From positions 34,596,001 through 34,660,000 of the forward strand of contig NC_043007.1 in assembly GCF_006345805.1 (NCBI RefSeq): 64,000 nucleotides of DNA, in the 5' to 3' direction. The stretch comes from Octopus sinensis (lineage: Eukaryota). The translations under genes and the position numbers were made by a program. The notes beneath the pieces are model-generated. The model had not been told where the DNA came from. It searched no databases and worked only from the letters and a program-made list of their open reading frames with translations. This document shows positions 1 through 11,000 of the stretch, piece by piece (the first letter of the stretch is position 1; the number at the start of each line of letters is the position of its first letter).

Positions 1-445
1 TTTGCTATCAGAAGCCGTTAAAGGGTGGGTTAGGAATGCCTTGGCTGTTGATGCGCAAACATGCGCTGAGGTTGAGGCATCTTTGGCTCTACCTGGATGG
101 TGAAAGGTTGAGTTAGAGAAAAGGTGTCTGTCAGAATGCGAGTTTCGAAAAAGATGGAAGCGTGTGGCACGATTGTTGGGCGTGAAAGACACTACATGAA
201 CACGCTATGAGTCAGCTACCAAGGTTTCAGTGGAAAAATAGGGCTCGTGGGGTCGGCAATCCTGTTTTTTCTGCATCATGCGTCCTTTTCGTGTTTTTTT
301 TTTTTTTGTTAATGTGTATCATTCGATTTTCGATTTCATTGTAATTTTTAACCATCATTTAATGTTTTATATCATAGTTTTAACATGACCCCAATCATGT
401 TGTACAGTTCCCCTCTATGTTGGCCCCTTGTGGGTAATAAAGAAA
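1..445 (+). mobile_element. 3' remnant of a Tx1/L1-clade LINE (end of ORF2 with internal deletion, 3' UTR and tail)
   Basis: 1-108 translates CYQKPLKGGLGMPWLLMRKHALRLRHLW, homologous to ORF2 at about 6975 and 12180. It then jumps to the ORF2 C-terminus (ELEKR..FRKRWKRV) and ends in cccctctatgttggccccttgtgggtaataaagaaa. Confidence 0.85.
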
Positions 446-2111
446 TCAGAACCTGATCTTAAGCTGTCGCTTATTCATCGATACTTCAGAAAACTGTTTA
501 TTGTGAGTTGCTTATTTGTTGATTGTTGAATTTATTGTTGTGGAACGTTTTGGTGTACGGCTTTTGGTTGTTGTCTGTGTTGAGACGGACAGGGAGAAAA
601 TGGACTGCCCCTCCCTAACGGGAGGGATGGCCAGACAAAGGTTGTTTGAAAGTTTGTCAGAACTGTCGACGTCCGAAGAGGAGCTGGAAAGGGTAGTGAA
701 GAAAATGGATGAAAGACTAGGTAATACATATGCAGGAGTGACGAAGAAGAAGTCGGGAGAAAAGGAGATAAACTTGGTCAAGCTGCCAGGCTTCCAGGAA
801 TTTATGGAAAAGGAAGACGGTGAAGTCGAACTGTCACCACCAACAAAACGTGGTGAGTGGTTCGATCGCAGGACCGTCAAGTATCGAGTGTATGCAAACG
901 GAAAGAAAAGAATAGAAATAGTAAGCATGGAAATTATTGAAGAAGCGCTAAAACAAACAGAGGAAGAAATTGTATATTTGACAAGAGGCATGGAATACGG
1001 TACGGTAACGGTTCAATTTAGGAGCGAGAGCGTCGCAAGAAAAATGGCAGCTAAAACAGTGAAAACGGATAAGGTATACCTGCTACCTTCGTACTTGAAC
1101 AGGAAAACCACGCGAATCAGGGTGGAGGGAATACCCCCACACCTAGAAGGCCAATATATAGCAGCAGCTGTAATTAAAGGTAATGAAGAAGAGGTGGATA
1201 TCCTCCATGCCACCATAAAATATGAAGGCTGGAGGGGTGCTACCCTGGATATGAACGTACAGGCGGAGACCGAAACGCTGGAAAGGTTAACGGAAAGCAT
1301 AAGGATGGGAAACATCATCATGAGAGTGTGGGTGGAGGGCAGAGCCCCGCGCTGTTATAAGTGTGGCCTGAGAGGCCACATAAGAGACAACTGCCCTCCC
1401 CTACCAAAGGAAAGTGTGACGGAACCCCAAAGAGAGGAAGAGACTAAGGAGGAAGAACGGAACCAAACAGAAAAGGTAACAACAGAAGAAGAGGAGTCCA
1501 GCAAGAGTGGGAAGAAGGAAGGAAAAAAAGAAAGAGAAAATTAAACAGTACGGAACCCCAATCCACCCCAACACCACCCGCACCATCTGAGTCCCACCCT
1601 TCCCCTGCAGACAGTGAACCCACTCGCTCCCCACCAACAAGAAAACAGAAAAAAGATACACACAGCCAAGACACTAAAAAATAACCCAGGCCCAACGTTT
1701 TATGCATTGCAGGGAAGGAGAAGATAAAAAAGACAATGATAGACTACCAATGGTGTGGTAAGGGACGGAGTAGATACGCAGTAATTGCAAAGGAACAAGT
1801 AGACGAGTTTATAGAAAGGTGCGAAAGTGGGGACTGGGAAATATGTAAAGTGAAAATGGTTGAAGAGATGATGATGGAATTGGAAGAGGAGTTCGAGAGA
1901 AGGATAGAGATGGAGGTATATTATATTGGGACTGAGCATGGGGTATTTGTTTGGGATTGACGACTGAAGGACAGGTAAGTGATGCTAGCGGATGGGGCCG
2001 TTAGCATCGCTTTCATCTATCATTTTCATAATCCATTTATCCATATCTATGTATCTGTGACGTTTTGTGTCCCCAATGTTTGTGCTGTCCTTTCTGTGTA
2101 GCCCTTATGGT
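446..2111 (+). mobile_element. ORF1-only (HAL1-like) non-autonomous Tx1-type element, family A copy 1
   Basis: Homologous along its length to 18532-20190. ORF1 is followed by a short UTR and tail with no EN/RT. The tail is cut at gcccttatggt. Confidence 0.8.
600..1960 (+). pseudogene. Family A ORF1 (gag-like: putative RRM region, one CCHC knuckle, acidic/Pro linker, C-terminal domain)
   Basis: TYAGV motif and CYKCGLRGHIRDNC knuckle. ORFs 516-1544 and 1736-1960 join into one frame after one indel near 1497 and one stop, by comparison with copy 2. Confidence 0.8.
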
Positions 2112-2859
2112 CCCGTGTTGGTCATTAGTGACTGGCCCGGCTTATTCCCTTGTTTGCTGGTGATAGGTAGTGAGTGGTTCCCGCCTGGGGACGTTAATAT
2201 AGAGTTTGTGACTCTCTGTGACTCTTTTATAGAGCCAGGGGGTAGGTATCTGATTTGTCGTCTGGAATTTAGGTGAGACTGGGGGTCCTGGTTGATTCCC
2301 GCGTGGGGGTTGCCGGATCCTTTTGAGCCAGTGTGGAGGGGCCTGTGAGTTAGGAACCCGGGCGGCGGTGTTATTGAATAGAGCCCTTCACGGGCTGTGG
2401 ATGGGCGATTGGCCGGCTCTTATAATCAGGCGGTTGCCTGGTTGCAGGATCTCCATCTTTTTTGGGGAGCCATAGGGATGGGCGCCCTCTGATATTGATG
2501 GTCTAGCCGGTTGTAGTGAATGGGAAATTTGTCTGTATCCTCCATATTTGCCCTCATTGTAGATTTAACGCCTCACACGCCGGTTGAGGTTTCCTTAATA
2601 GGACTACTGTCATAGGGTAGCTCGTTCTTGAGCACTGCTTTAGGTCTGGGGTGGATACACTCACAGGCCCCGTTTAGTCTAGACGTGTCCCCTGGGATAT
2701 TCCTAGGGGAAATAGTTCTCGGGTGGGGCCGCTTGCTGTTTGTCTTCGGATTCGAGTGGGTGGCCGTAGGGTCTTTAGGGTTAGGTTGGTAGTTTAGCTT
2801 GCCTCTCTCGATGAGGCTGGTAATGCGCCTCCTTTAAGTTTTACTTTATCGCTTCGGTC

Positions 2860-4514
2860 ATGGTCCCCAGGAAAATGCCGCCAAGAATAGTGATGAACAA
2901 AAACATTTTTTCAGCTGAAAAAATGTTCGATGAAAAAATGTCCAACGGAGGTTTACCCCCAAAAGAAAATGTAGTAGATTCGTCTACCAAATTGAAAATT
3001 GTCGAAGGCTCGCCTGTTGAAAAAACTAAAGATGCCGAAGTTTCGCCTGCGGGAAAAGCTGAAGCTGACGAAGGTTCGCCTGCTGGAAAAACAGCTAATG
3101 TTGCTGAAGCGGAAAAAAGTATAAAAACAGGTAAAGTTGCTGAAAGTTCACCTTCTGATGGAGCAACCAAAGGAATTGAAGGTTCGTCTTCCAAAGGAAA
3201 AGAGAAGACATACAATTTCGCAGCTGCTGCAGGAAGGAAAATGGAAGAGATCAAGATGGAGGAAGTAGATTATGAGAATTACCAGAAAATGTTCACAAAG
3301 GAGGGGAACAATGTGAAAGCAACCCTCCCACAAATAATAAGAGAAGAAACGCTAAAAAGAGTCGTAATTTACAAGTCTTACTTAACAAAAGAGAAAAAAA
3401 TCGAGAAAATATCAAAGGACCAAGCAGAAGTGTCTGCAGTCGGTATGGACCGACATAGATTATGTAACTTGGGGGGGAAAAAAGTACGCCACTATCGAGG
3501 TGTACTTTAGAGACGAGGAAATGGCAAAGAAACATTCCTTGACCCCAATCAAAACAAGCGAGGTAATTCTTCTACCCTCCTATTTGGGGAGGTGAACAGC
3601 CAAAATAAGGGTCGAGGAAGTACCACCAGAAATTGAGGTGAAGTGGTTGCTCCCAGCATTATTAATGGGGCTGGAGAAGAAGATAAGAGTGGTGAATATC
3701 ACGAAGATAAAAAGAGAAAATTGGAGAGACCAGACTCTGCATGTAATAATACAGGCAACCCCAGAAACGATGGAAGAAGTCCCAGAGAACATCCAATTCG
3801 ACGAGGAAATCAACTTGCGGGTGGTAGTGGAAGGGCGAAAGCCTCGATACTACGAATGTGGCGAAAAGGGACACATTCGTATGGAATGCCCTACCCGGAA
3901 AAAAGTGGAAGAAGAAAAAACGACAGAAGAAGAGGAGAAGATGGAAGAAAAGCCAAAGGAGGACGAAAATGCCTACACAACGGTGAGGCCAAAGAAAAAC
4001 CCAAAGAGGAAAAACATTGATACTAACCCACCCAACCCAGACACACAAAAAGAAATCAAACATACAGGGGGGGAAATCTACCCCACCCCCACATAAAGAG
4101 AAAAAAGAGAAGACCCCCAACCCAACACAAGACACCCCCACTCTCCAGCAACTCCCTCCCCTCCCAAACTCCTCCCCAGGTTCCCCCATATCATACTCCC
4201 CGATCTCCTCCCCATCACCACCACAAAGCCCCCAAAAAGGGGGAAAAATAATAGAGTTCGAGACAGTATACATTTCTATAAACAATGCAAACGACAGACT
4301 AACTAAATATCTGGACAATGTCCCAACGGCACACAAGATCAACACACATAGGGTACTCCCCAAGAATGTCGAGGTTTTCAAGATTGACAGAATGAACTAT
4401 AATATAATAAGAGAGGAGTACCCGAAGGACATTAAGGGTCCGCGACTCGACTTACACGAGTCATTATTCAAAGCGGACTTCCCCCTCACGACCACCAGAG
4501 CAGGAAAAAACTGA
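2860..4514 (+). pseudogene. Family B ORF1, frameshifted
   Basis: YNFAAAAG motif, LLPSYLGR.TAKIRVE and VVVEGRKPR(Y)YECGEKGHIRMEC match the family A and C ORF1s. Pro-rich linker and C-terminal domain follow. Confidence 0.8.
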
Positions 4515-4525
4515 TAAGGTAAGTA

Positions 4526-7500
4526 ATGTCTCGCATTTGTGTAGGGTGTTTAAATGTGCGTGGCCTGATGACGAGCTGGAAGCAAGGGCGCCTCCTAAAT
4601 GACATCAGGTCACGGGATTTAGATGTTGCTGCCACAGAAACCCGGTTAAAGGGGCCAAGAGATCTGCTCCCGTTGTTCGACGGCTACGAGGGAATTATCT
4701 CTCCGAACCCGGCGGGCAGCGGAAGCGGGGTGTTGGTCCTGGTTAAAAAGAAACGGGTTCCTGGGAAAAAGTTGATTTTTGCAGATCCAGAAGGTGGGCT
4801 GGTTGTCGTTGAGTTGACGTTCAGCAGTCGTAAGACAATCAGGCTGGTTGCGGTTTACGCACCCTCCGGTAACGGGAAAAGTGATTATTTTCGGAATCTG
4901 GAAAAGTTTCTGAGTACATCGAACCCTGTAGTAATGTTAGGTGACTTCAACACAATCTGCGATGCGCGGGTAGACTGTGAAGGCTCGCAAACGAATAGGA
5001 AAGGAAACGCTGGCTTCCTGGATCTACTAAGACGTTTTGAGCTGGTAGATCCATATAGACTGGAACATCCGGACGCTCCATCGTGGACATGGTCAAACAG
5101 CGACGGATCGTCAAGGTCATACATAGACAGGATATTAATTAGGAAGGTAGATAAGAACCTAGTTAAGAGTCCACAACTCCACAGTCAGCTACAGTGACCA
5201 CAAGATGGTCACCTGTAGGCTAGACGTAGATAAGATAGAGGTCCTGGTTACTGGAAACTTAATACGTCCCTTTTGGCGATTAAGGAGTACAGGGACAGGA
5301 TTAGGTTAATGATCCAGAGGGCCATGACCGGCTCCATTTTTAACAACAAATAGTGGTATGCCCTCAAGCGAGCCATAAAATATGAGTCCATTAGGTATAG
5401 TACAAATCTTGTAGCTAGAGAGGCTAGGAAGGCAACTACACTAGTTAAGGACTTAGAGGAAGCAATGCGAACTGGCAATGCAGACCAGGTGACGGTCAAG
5501 AGACTGGTTCTTAACCAGCACCTCGAAGCCAAACACATGGGTAGCATTGTCAGGGCTAGACAACGTACAATGGGGAGCGAAGGAATCAAGGCTGCAGGAT
5601 GGGCCCGAGTCGTGGAAGCCCAACGTGGCAACGATGCTACAATTCTCTGGCGAACCAACAGGGTAAGTTGACAGACGAGCCCGAGGAGATGTGTCAAGCT
5701 TTTCAGGACCACTTCGCACAGCTTTTTGTGGGGAGCGGCGGACCGGATAGGGGGAGGGCCTTACGGACCTCCTCGACGGGCTGCCGCGCCTCTCGGAGCG
5801 GGACGCGAAGTGTAGTGAGGAGCCGATCACACCTGAGGAGGTAATGGAAGCCATGGCGGACTGCGGTGCGGGTAAGGCGCCGGGACTGGATGGTCTACCC
5901 TACGAGCTTTATAAAAGTATGCCGGACTTGTTCGGGGACTTACTGACGAACTTCTACGCAAACTGGCAGCAGAATGGGTTTATTCCCAGATTTGTGCGCC
6001 GGGGAGTGGTGACGCTAATCAGGAAGGACCAGAGCAAGGGGGATGTAATAGATAATTTCAGGCCCATCACTCTGCTTAACGCAGAGCTGAAGATTTTGGC
6101 CAAAGTGTTATCGAACAGATTGGCGCGTGTCCCGAATGGACTGATTGGGAAAGCGCAAACGTGCGCCGTACCAGGCAGAGCCATTCAAGATAATCTCCAT
6201 CTTATTAGATACACGCTAGAGGGAATAAATAATGATCCCGGCAAGGGAGGGGCAGTGGTCCATTTAGACCAGTCAAAAGCTTTCGATAGGGTCGACCATC
6301 ACTACCTGGTGTCCGTTCTGGCTCAGTTCGGCCTTGGCTTCCTCAGGTGGATCATAGAAATGTATGACAACGTCGACTCGGTAGTTCGGGTGAACGGCTT
6401 TCTTTCTAAGCCGTTCAAAGTCAAACGCTCGGTCCGCCAGGGATGTCCGCTCTCCCCGCTTTTGTATGTAGTGGCTCTTGAGCCGCTGCTGCGAAAACTG
6501 AGCGGCATCCCGAGGCAACCAGGACGTGATATGTCGGTTTCGGCGTACGCGGATGACATCACTATCATCGTGACTGAAGTGGACCACCTACGGAAAGTAG
6601 GCAAGGCCATAGAGGTTTACGAGACGGTGAAAAGTCGGTCGGCTTGCAACTCGGCACCTGGAGAGGCAAGTCGATGCCTCCAGACAGCGTCGTGGGACGT
6701 TGGACGGAGGGCCCGATTAAGTTGCTCGGGGTTTGGTTCGGTCCAGACTTCCAAATAGAGAACTGGAGCGAGGTATCGAGCAAGGTGGCTGCAATAGTCA
6801 AGGTTTGGTCTTGGCGGTGGTTATCCTTGAAAGGTAGGACGGAGGTAGCCAATGTGTTTATCGCATCGGTGATCACCTACCGCCTTGCCCGGATTCGTGG
6901 TTGAGCAAGTTGGAGAGACAGCTCTTTCGCTTCTTGTGGAAGGGCTCGAAACAGCTTGTGAGACGCTCTGTCTGTTGTCAAAAACCGTTACAGGGTGGAC
7001 TAGGGATGCCGTGGCTAATGATGCGCAGAAATGCGCTGAGGCTAAGGCACCATCTGGGTAGTGAACGGGTGTGGTCTCCGCTGGCGAAACAGATGTTCCC
7101 TAGGTTCACCAGTTTCGGTGGCCGGGAGGACTGGTATAATCGCAGATCGAAGTTGGGTACGTGGTATACGGAGTGTCGCAAGGCACTCCGACTATTCCGT
7201 CGCTCGGGTAATGCCTGCGGCAGTGGTTCTACCGCTGTGTTTTATAGAGGCCGGTAACGATGATACGCTAGGGAAACCCTAGGTTTTGACGATAATCAGC
7301 TGGCCAGTCTATTCCAACGTACATTCGGGCCGAAGACCCTGGATAATTTCCAGAAGTCTTTGGCTTGGCAGTGCTACCGAGGAGCCTTACCTGTTCGGGA
7401 CAAGCTTGCAAAGCACGGTTGCCAAGTCAGCCCGACCTGTGGAAGATGTGGGCGAGAACGGGAAACCGTCTCGCACGCGATCGTGCAGTGTCCGGAGGTG

Positions 7501-7828
7501 GCAGATACGTGGGCTTGTGCCGAACAATTGATGTCAGAGTACAGCTATCAGCCGAATCTATTGTAAAAATCAGCCCACCAGATTTCTTAACGAAAGAAGA
7601 TACGTTTTGTTTTCTCGCCGTGGTTTCAACTGCGAAACAGGTAGTATGGAAGACAAGGATGAAAGGATAATAACAGGCGACTTCATCTCTGGTTCAGGTC
7701 TGGTGGAATATTTTTAATTTCACCTGAAAAGACATATAGAACTGGAGAGAAGGAGCCTCAGTAAGAAAGTGTTTGATGAAAGATGGAAAAATGTCGTGAG
7801 TAAAAGGTCCCTCATAAATACGAGATAG
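4526..7828 (+). pseudogene. Family B ORF2: APE endonuclease, reverse transcriptase, C-terminal CCHC; frameshifted
   Basis: LNVRG, GDFN, SYIDR, SDH, PGYWKLN, KAPGLDG, FRPITLLN, LDQSKAFDRV, QGCPLSP, YADD, CGRC..ETVSHAIVQC. Confidence 0.93.
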
Positions 7829-8047
7829 GACGGAGAAAAAAAAAAGAAAAAAAAGCATAAGACCAAGTGTTGTGGCGGGGTTCGTGGGATCCGTAGACCC
7901 GCCCCACTCCATTTGTAAAAATTGTCCAATGTATATGTACTATCATTCGAAACCGTATAACTATCATCCAAATTTTTATCGATCCCAAAATGCATCATAA
8001 TTGTAAAATCATTCGTGATTGTTCTGTCCCCCTCTATGTTCGCCTTT

Positions 8048-11000
8048 CTCATTATTGCTTTCTTTTTTCGTCTGCGTTGTGAGAAAATTGCTGCCTTCAT
8101 TTAAGAGAGTTCGGATTTGTGCTACTATTGTTTGTGCTAACTGTTTTGAACAGTGCCCGTTGTAAAACGGTAATTTTCGCCCTACGGGGCAGAAAATTTT
8201 GTATTACTTGCATTTTATTACCTTCGAGGTGAGGATTTCGACTTGACGTCGAAGAAGGATTTTCCCGTGATGGGAAAAAGTGAAAATATGGAAAGGAAGT
8301 ACCCAAACAGTCATTCTCGGCCGCGGTGGGCGGCGCCATGATGGATGTCGAGTTTAAATGAACAATTGTACGAATTCAGGAACCTGGTAAAAGTGGAAGG
8401 AGGCGAGATAAAGCTTGTACCGCCGCAGGCAAAGGTACAAGAGATTAAGGAGAGAATAGTTATTTACAAGGTATACAGCTTCAAAGAGAAGAAGATAATG
8501 GATGTAAAGAATGAAATGGTAGAAAAGTGCCTGTCCCCGGTGTGGGACAAAATCCGTCATGTCGTTAGAGGTGCACGCAGTGCTACAGTCGAGGCACATT
8601 TCGACACAGCCGAGGTAGCGAGAGAGGTGTCGTCGTTGACCCTAAAAAACGACGACATCATGCTGCTACCCTCGTACATGGGGAAGCGTACAGCGAAGTT
8701 ACTGGTAGAAGACATACCCAGAGGGTACGACATCATGTGGGTAGCAGCGGCGGTCCTGCACAACATTGAACGAGAGATATCGATACTGCAGATGAGAAGG
8801 AAAGAGGTGGTGCGGTGGAAGGGTCAGACCCTGGAACTCCTCGTGCAGGCGGAGAACAAAATTCTAGAAAACCTGCCCGATAGAATCTTCAATGAAGACG
8901 GGACGTCAATGAGAGTTTCAGTGGAGGGACGTAGACCCAGATGTTTCAAGTGTGGAGAGAAGGGTCACGTCCGATCAAATTGTATAAAAAGAAGAGAGAA
9001 CAGAGAAGCGCCTCCTCCAAGTGTACCCAACGCGAAAGGGGAGGAAAAAAAGAAAAACAACAAACGACCAAGACAAGTACGGAAGCGAAAATAGACAAAT
9101 AGAACTGATGGAATACACTCAAGTCACGCACAAGAAAAAAAGAGAATACCCTGGACTCCCCTCCCCAAACAAGGAAAAAAACAACTAACACAGCAGACAC
9201 ACACATTAAGCAAATTCCCCAACCCTACCCCCATGGCACTGTTTTCATTGGAAAACAGTTTGCCAAGCCCCTCCCCATAAAACAAGATTCTAAAAATGTT
9301 TATTGAAAAATGAAAAAATAATAGCGTTTGATGAAAAAAACGAAAAAGTTTACAAATGCTGCAAACTGTCGAGGTTTATGCTGTACAGCAGAACCTCAGA
9401 TGGAAAAGCAATTGCGCGCTTCGCGAAGGTAGGCGAGAACGAATGGAAGGAGGAGGTTCTTCAGGAACACCTGAGGAACCGCCTAATAAGAGATGTAACC
9501 AAGGAAGTAATAGAGGGCAAACTAACAAAACCCCGGCAACCACACCAACCCAGAGCCCAGTGGCAACGCCGGTCAAAGGCCCTGCAGTAGAGGAAGAAAG
9601 GGAAGCAGGCAAAATCAGACCGCCGTGCTCCCTTTCACAACCGTGAGTATATTTATTTTCCTCCTTCGCCCACAATGGCCAAGCTGGGCTGTATAAACAT
9701 ACGTGGAATGGGGTCGAAACGGAAACAAATTTGTTTCCTGAACGACCTCACGACACACGGTATAGATGTTGCTATCGTAACCGAGTCCAAGATGAGCGAG
9801 ACCCAAGCGTTCTCACCTCTTCTAATGGTTTCGAGAAATTTATTTCTCCTAGCCGAGGAAGAGGAAGAGGCGTGGCAGTCTTCATCAGGAAGAGCTTGGA
9901 CCTGCAGGTAAGTACTGTCTTTCTGGACCCAGAAGGCAGGCTGGTTGTCCTGGATGTGACTCACGCAAGTAAACAGTCCTTCAGGTTGGTAGCTGTCTAC
10001 GCCCCGAACGAGGGTAGACAGTCGGGTTTCTTTCGGAACCTGGAGCCCTTTCTGGCGACGTCGAAAACAGTAATCCTAGTAGGGGACTTTAACACTGTCC
10101 TTGAAGCGCACATCGACAGTGTTGGCTCAACCAATAGGAAGGGGACCCTAGCCTCAAGGGTCTACTAGAGAGCTTTGACCTAGTGGACCGTTACCGACTG
10201 GATGAGCCGAGCGTTCCACAGTGGACGTGGAGTAGTAACAACGACGGCTCACACAGATCGTATCTAGATAGGATATTTATTAAGAAAAGAGATAAGGATA
10301 CGTTTAGTTGTCCACAATTCACATTGTACCTTACTCGGATCACAAGTTTGTGACGTGTGAGGTGCAATTAGACAAGTGTCATAGACAGGGACCCGGGTAC
10401 TGGAAGCTGAACAAGGCTATTTTGAATTGTGAAGACTTCCGTACCCGGATTAAGGAGTTAGTTCAGAGGGCATTGTGCGGCACCATCATTAACAACAGAT
10501 GGTGGCACGCCCTCAAAAGAGCCATTCGTTTAGAGTCCGTTAGATTTAGCAATCAGCTAAGGATAGATAGGGCTAGTCTAGAGGGCGATTTAGTTAAGAA
10601 TCTAGACGAGGCAATGGAAGCTGGCTCTGCATCCGGAGTACTGGCGGCAAGGACGGTATTGTACCGTCACCTTAACTCCAAACACGAAGGTTGCAGAGTC
10701 AGAGCTAAGCTGCGCGCCGGGAAACGAGAAGGTGTTAACGTGGCCGGATGGGCCCGTCGTGTGGAGAGTAAGAGAGGCAACAGAGCCTCAATAAAATCTT
10801 GACTGACGAACAGGGACAAAAGATCTATGGACAGGAGGAGATGCAAAAGTTTCTTCACCAGCACTTCACGCGCGTGTTCGGGGGTGGTGGCCCGCTGGAC
10901 CGGGGGAGTGCCTTAAGGGACTTCCTGGCCGACGGGCCGCGGCTCGCGGGGCGTGAGGCGAGGGGGAGTGCTGTGAGGGAGCGATCACTCCCGCGGAAAT

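Larger units (their letters stand above)
2112..8047 (+). mobile_element. Two-ORF Tx1/L1-clade LINE, family B (5' boundary uncertain)
   Basis: ORF1 fragments 2860-4514, ORF2 fragments 4526 to about 7828, 3' UTR ending in the shared tail. Confidence 0.85.

Noticed and set aside
1490-1545. Programmed frameshift or separate small ORF after family A ORF1
   Set aside because: Copy 2 reads through this region in a single frame (EEEEV*KEWEEGRKRR..KLN), so copy 1 simply has a 1-nt deletion.
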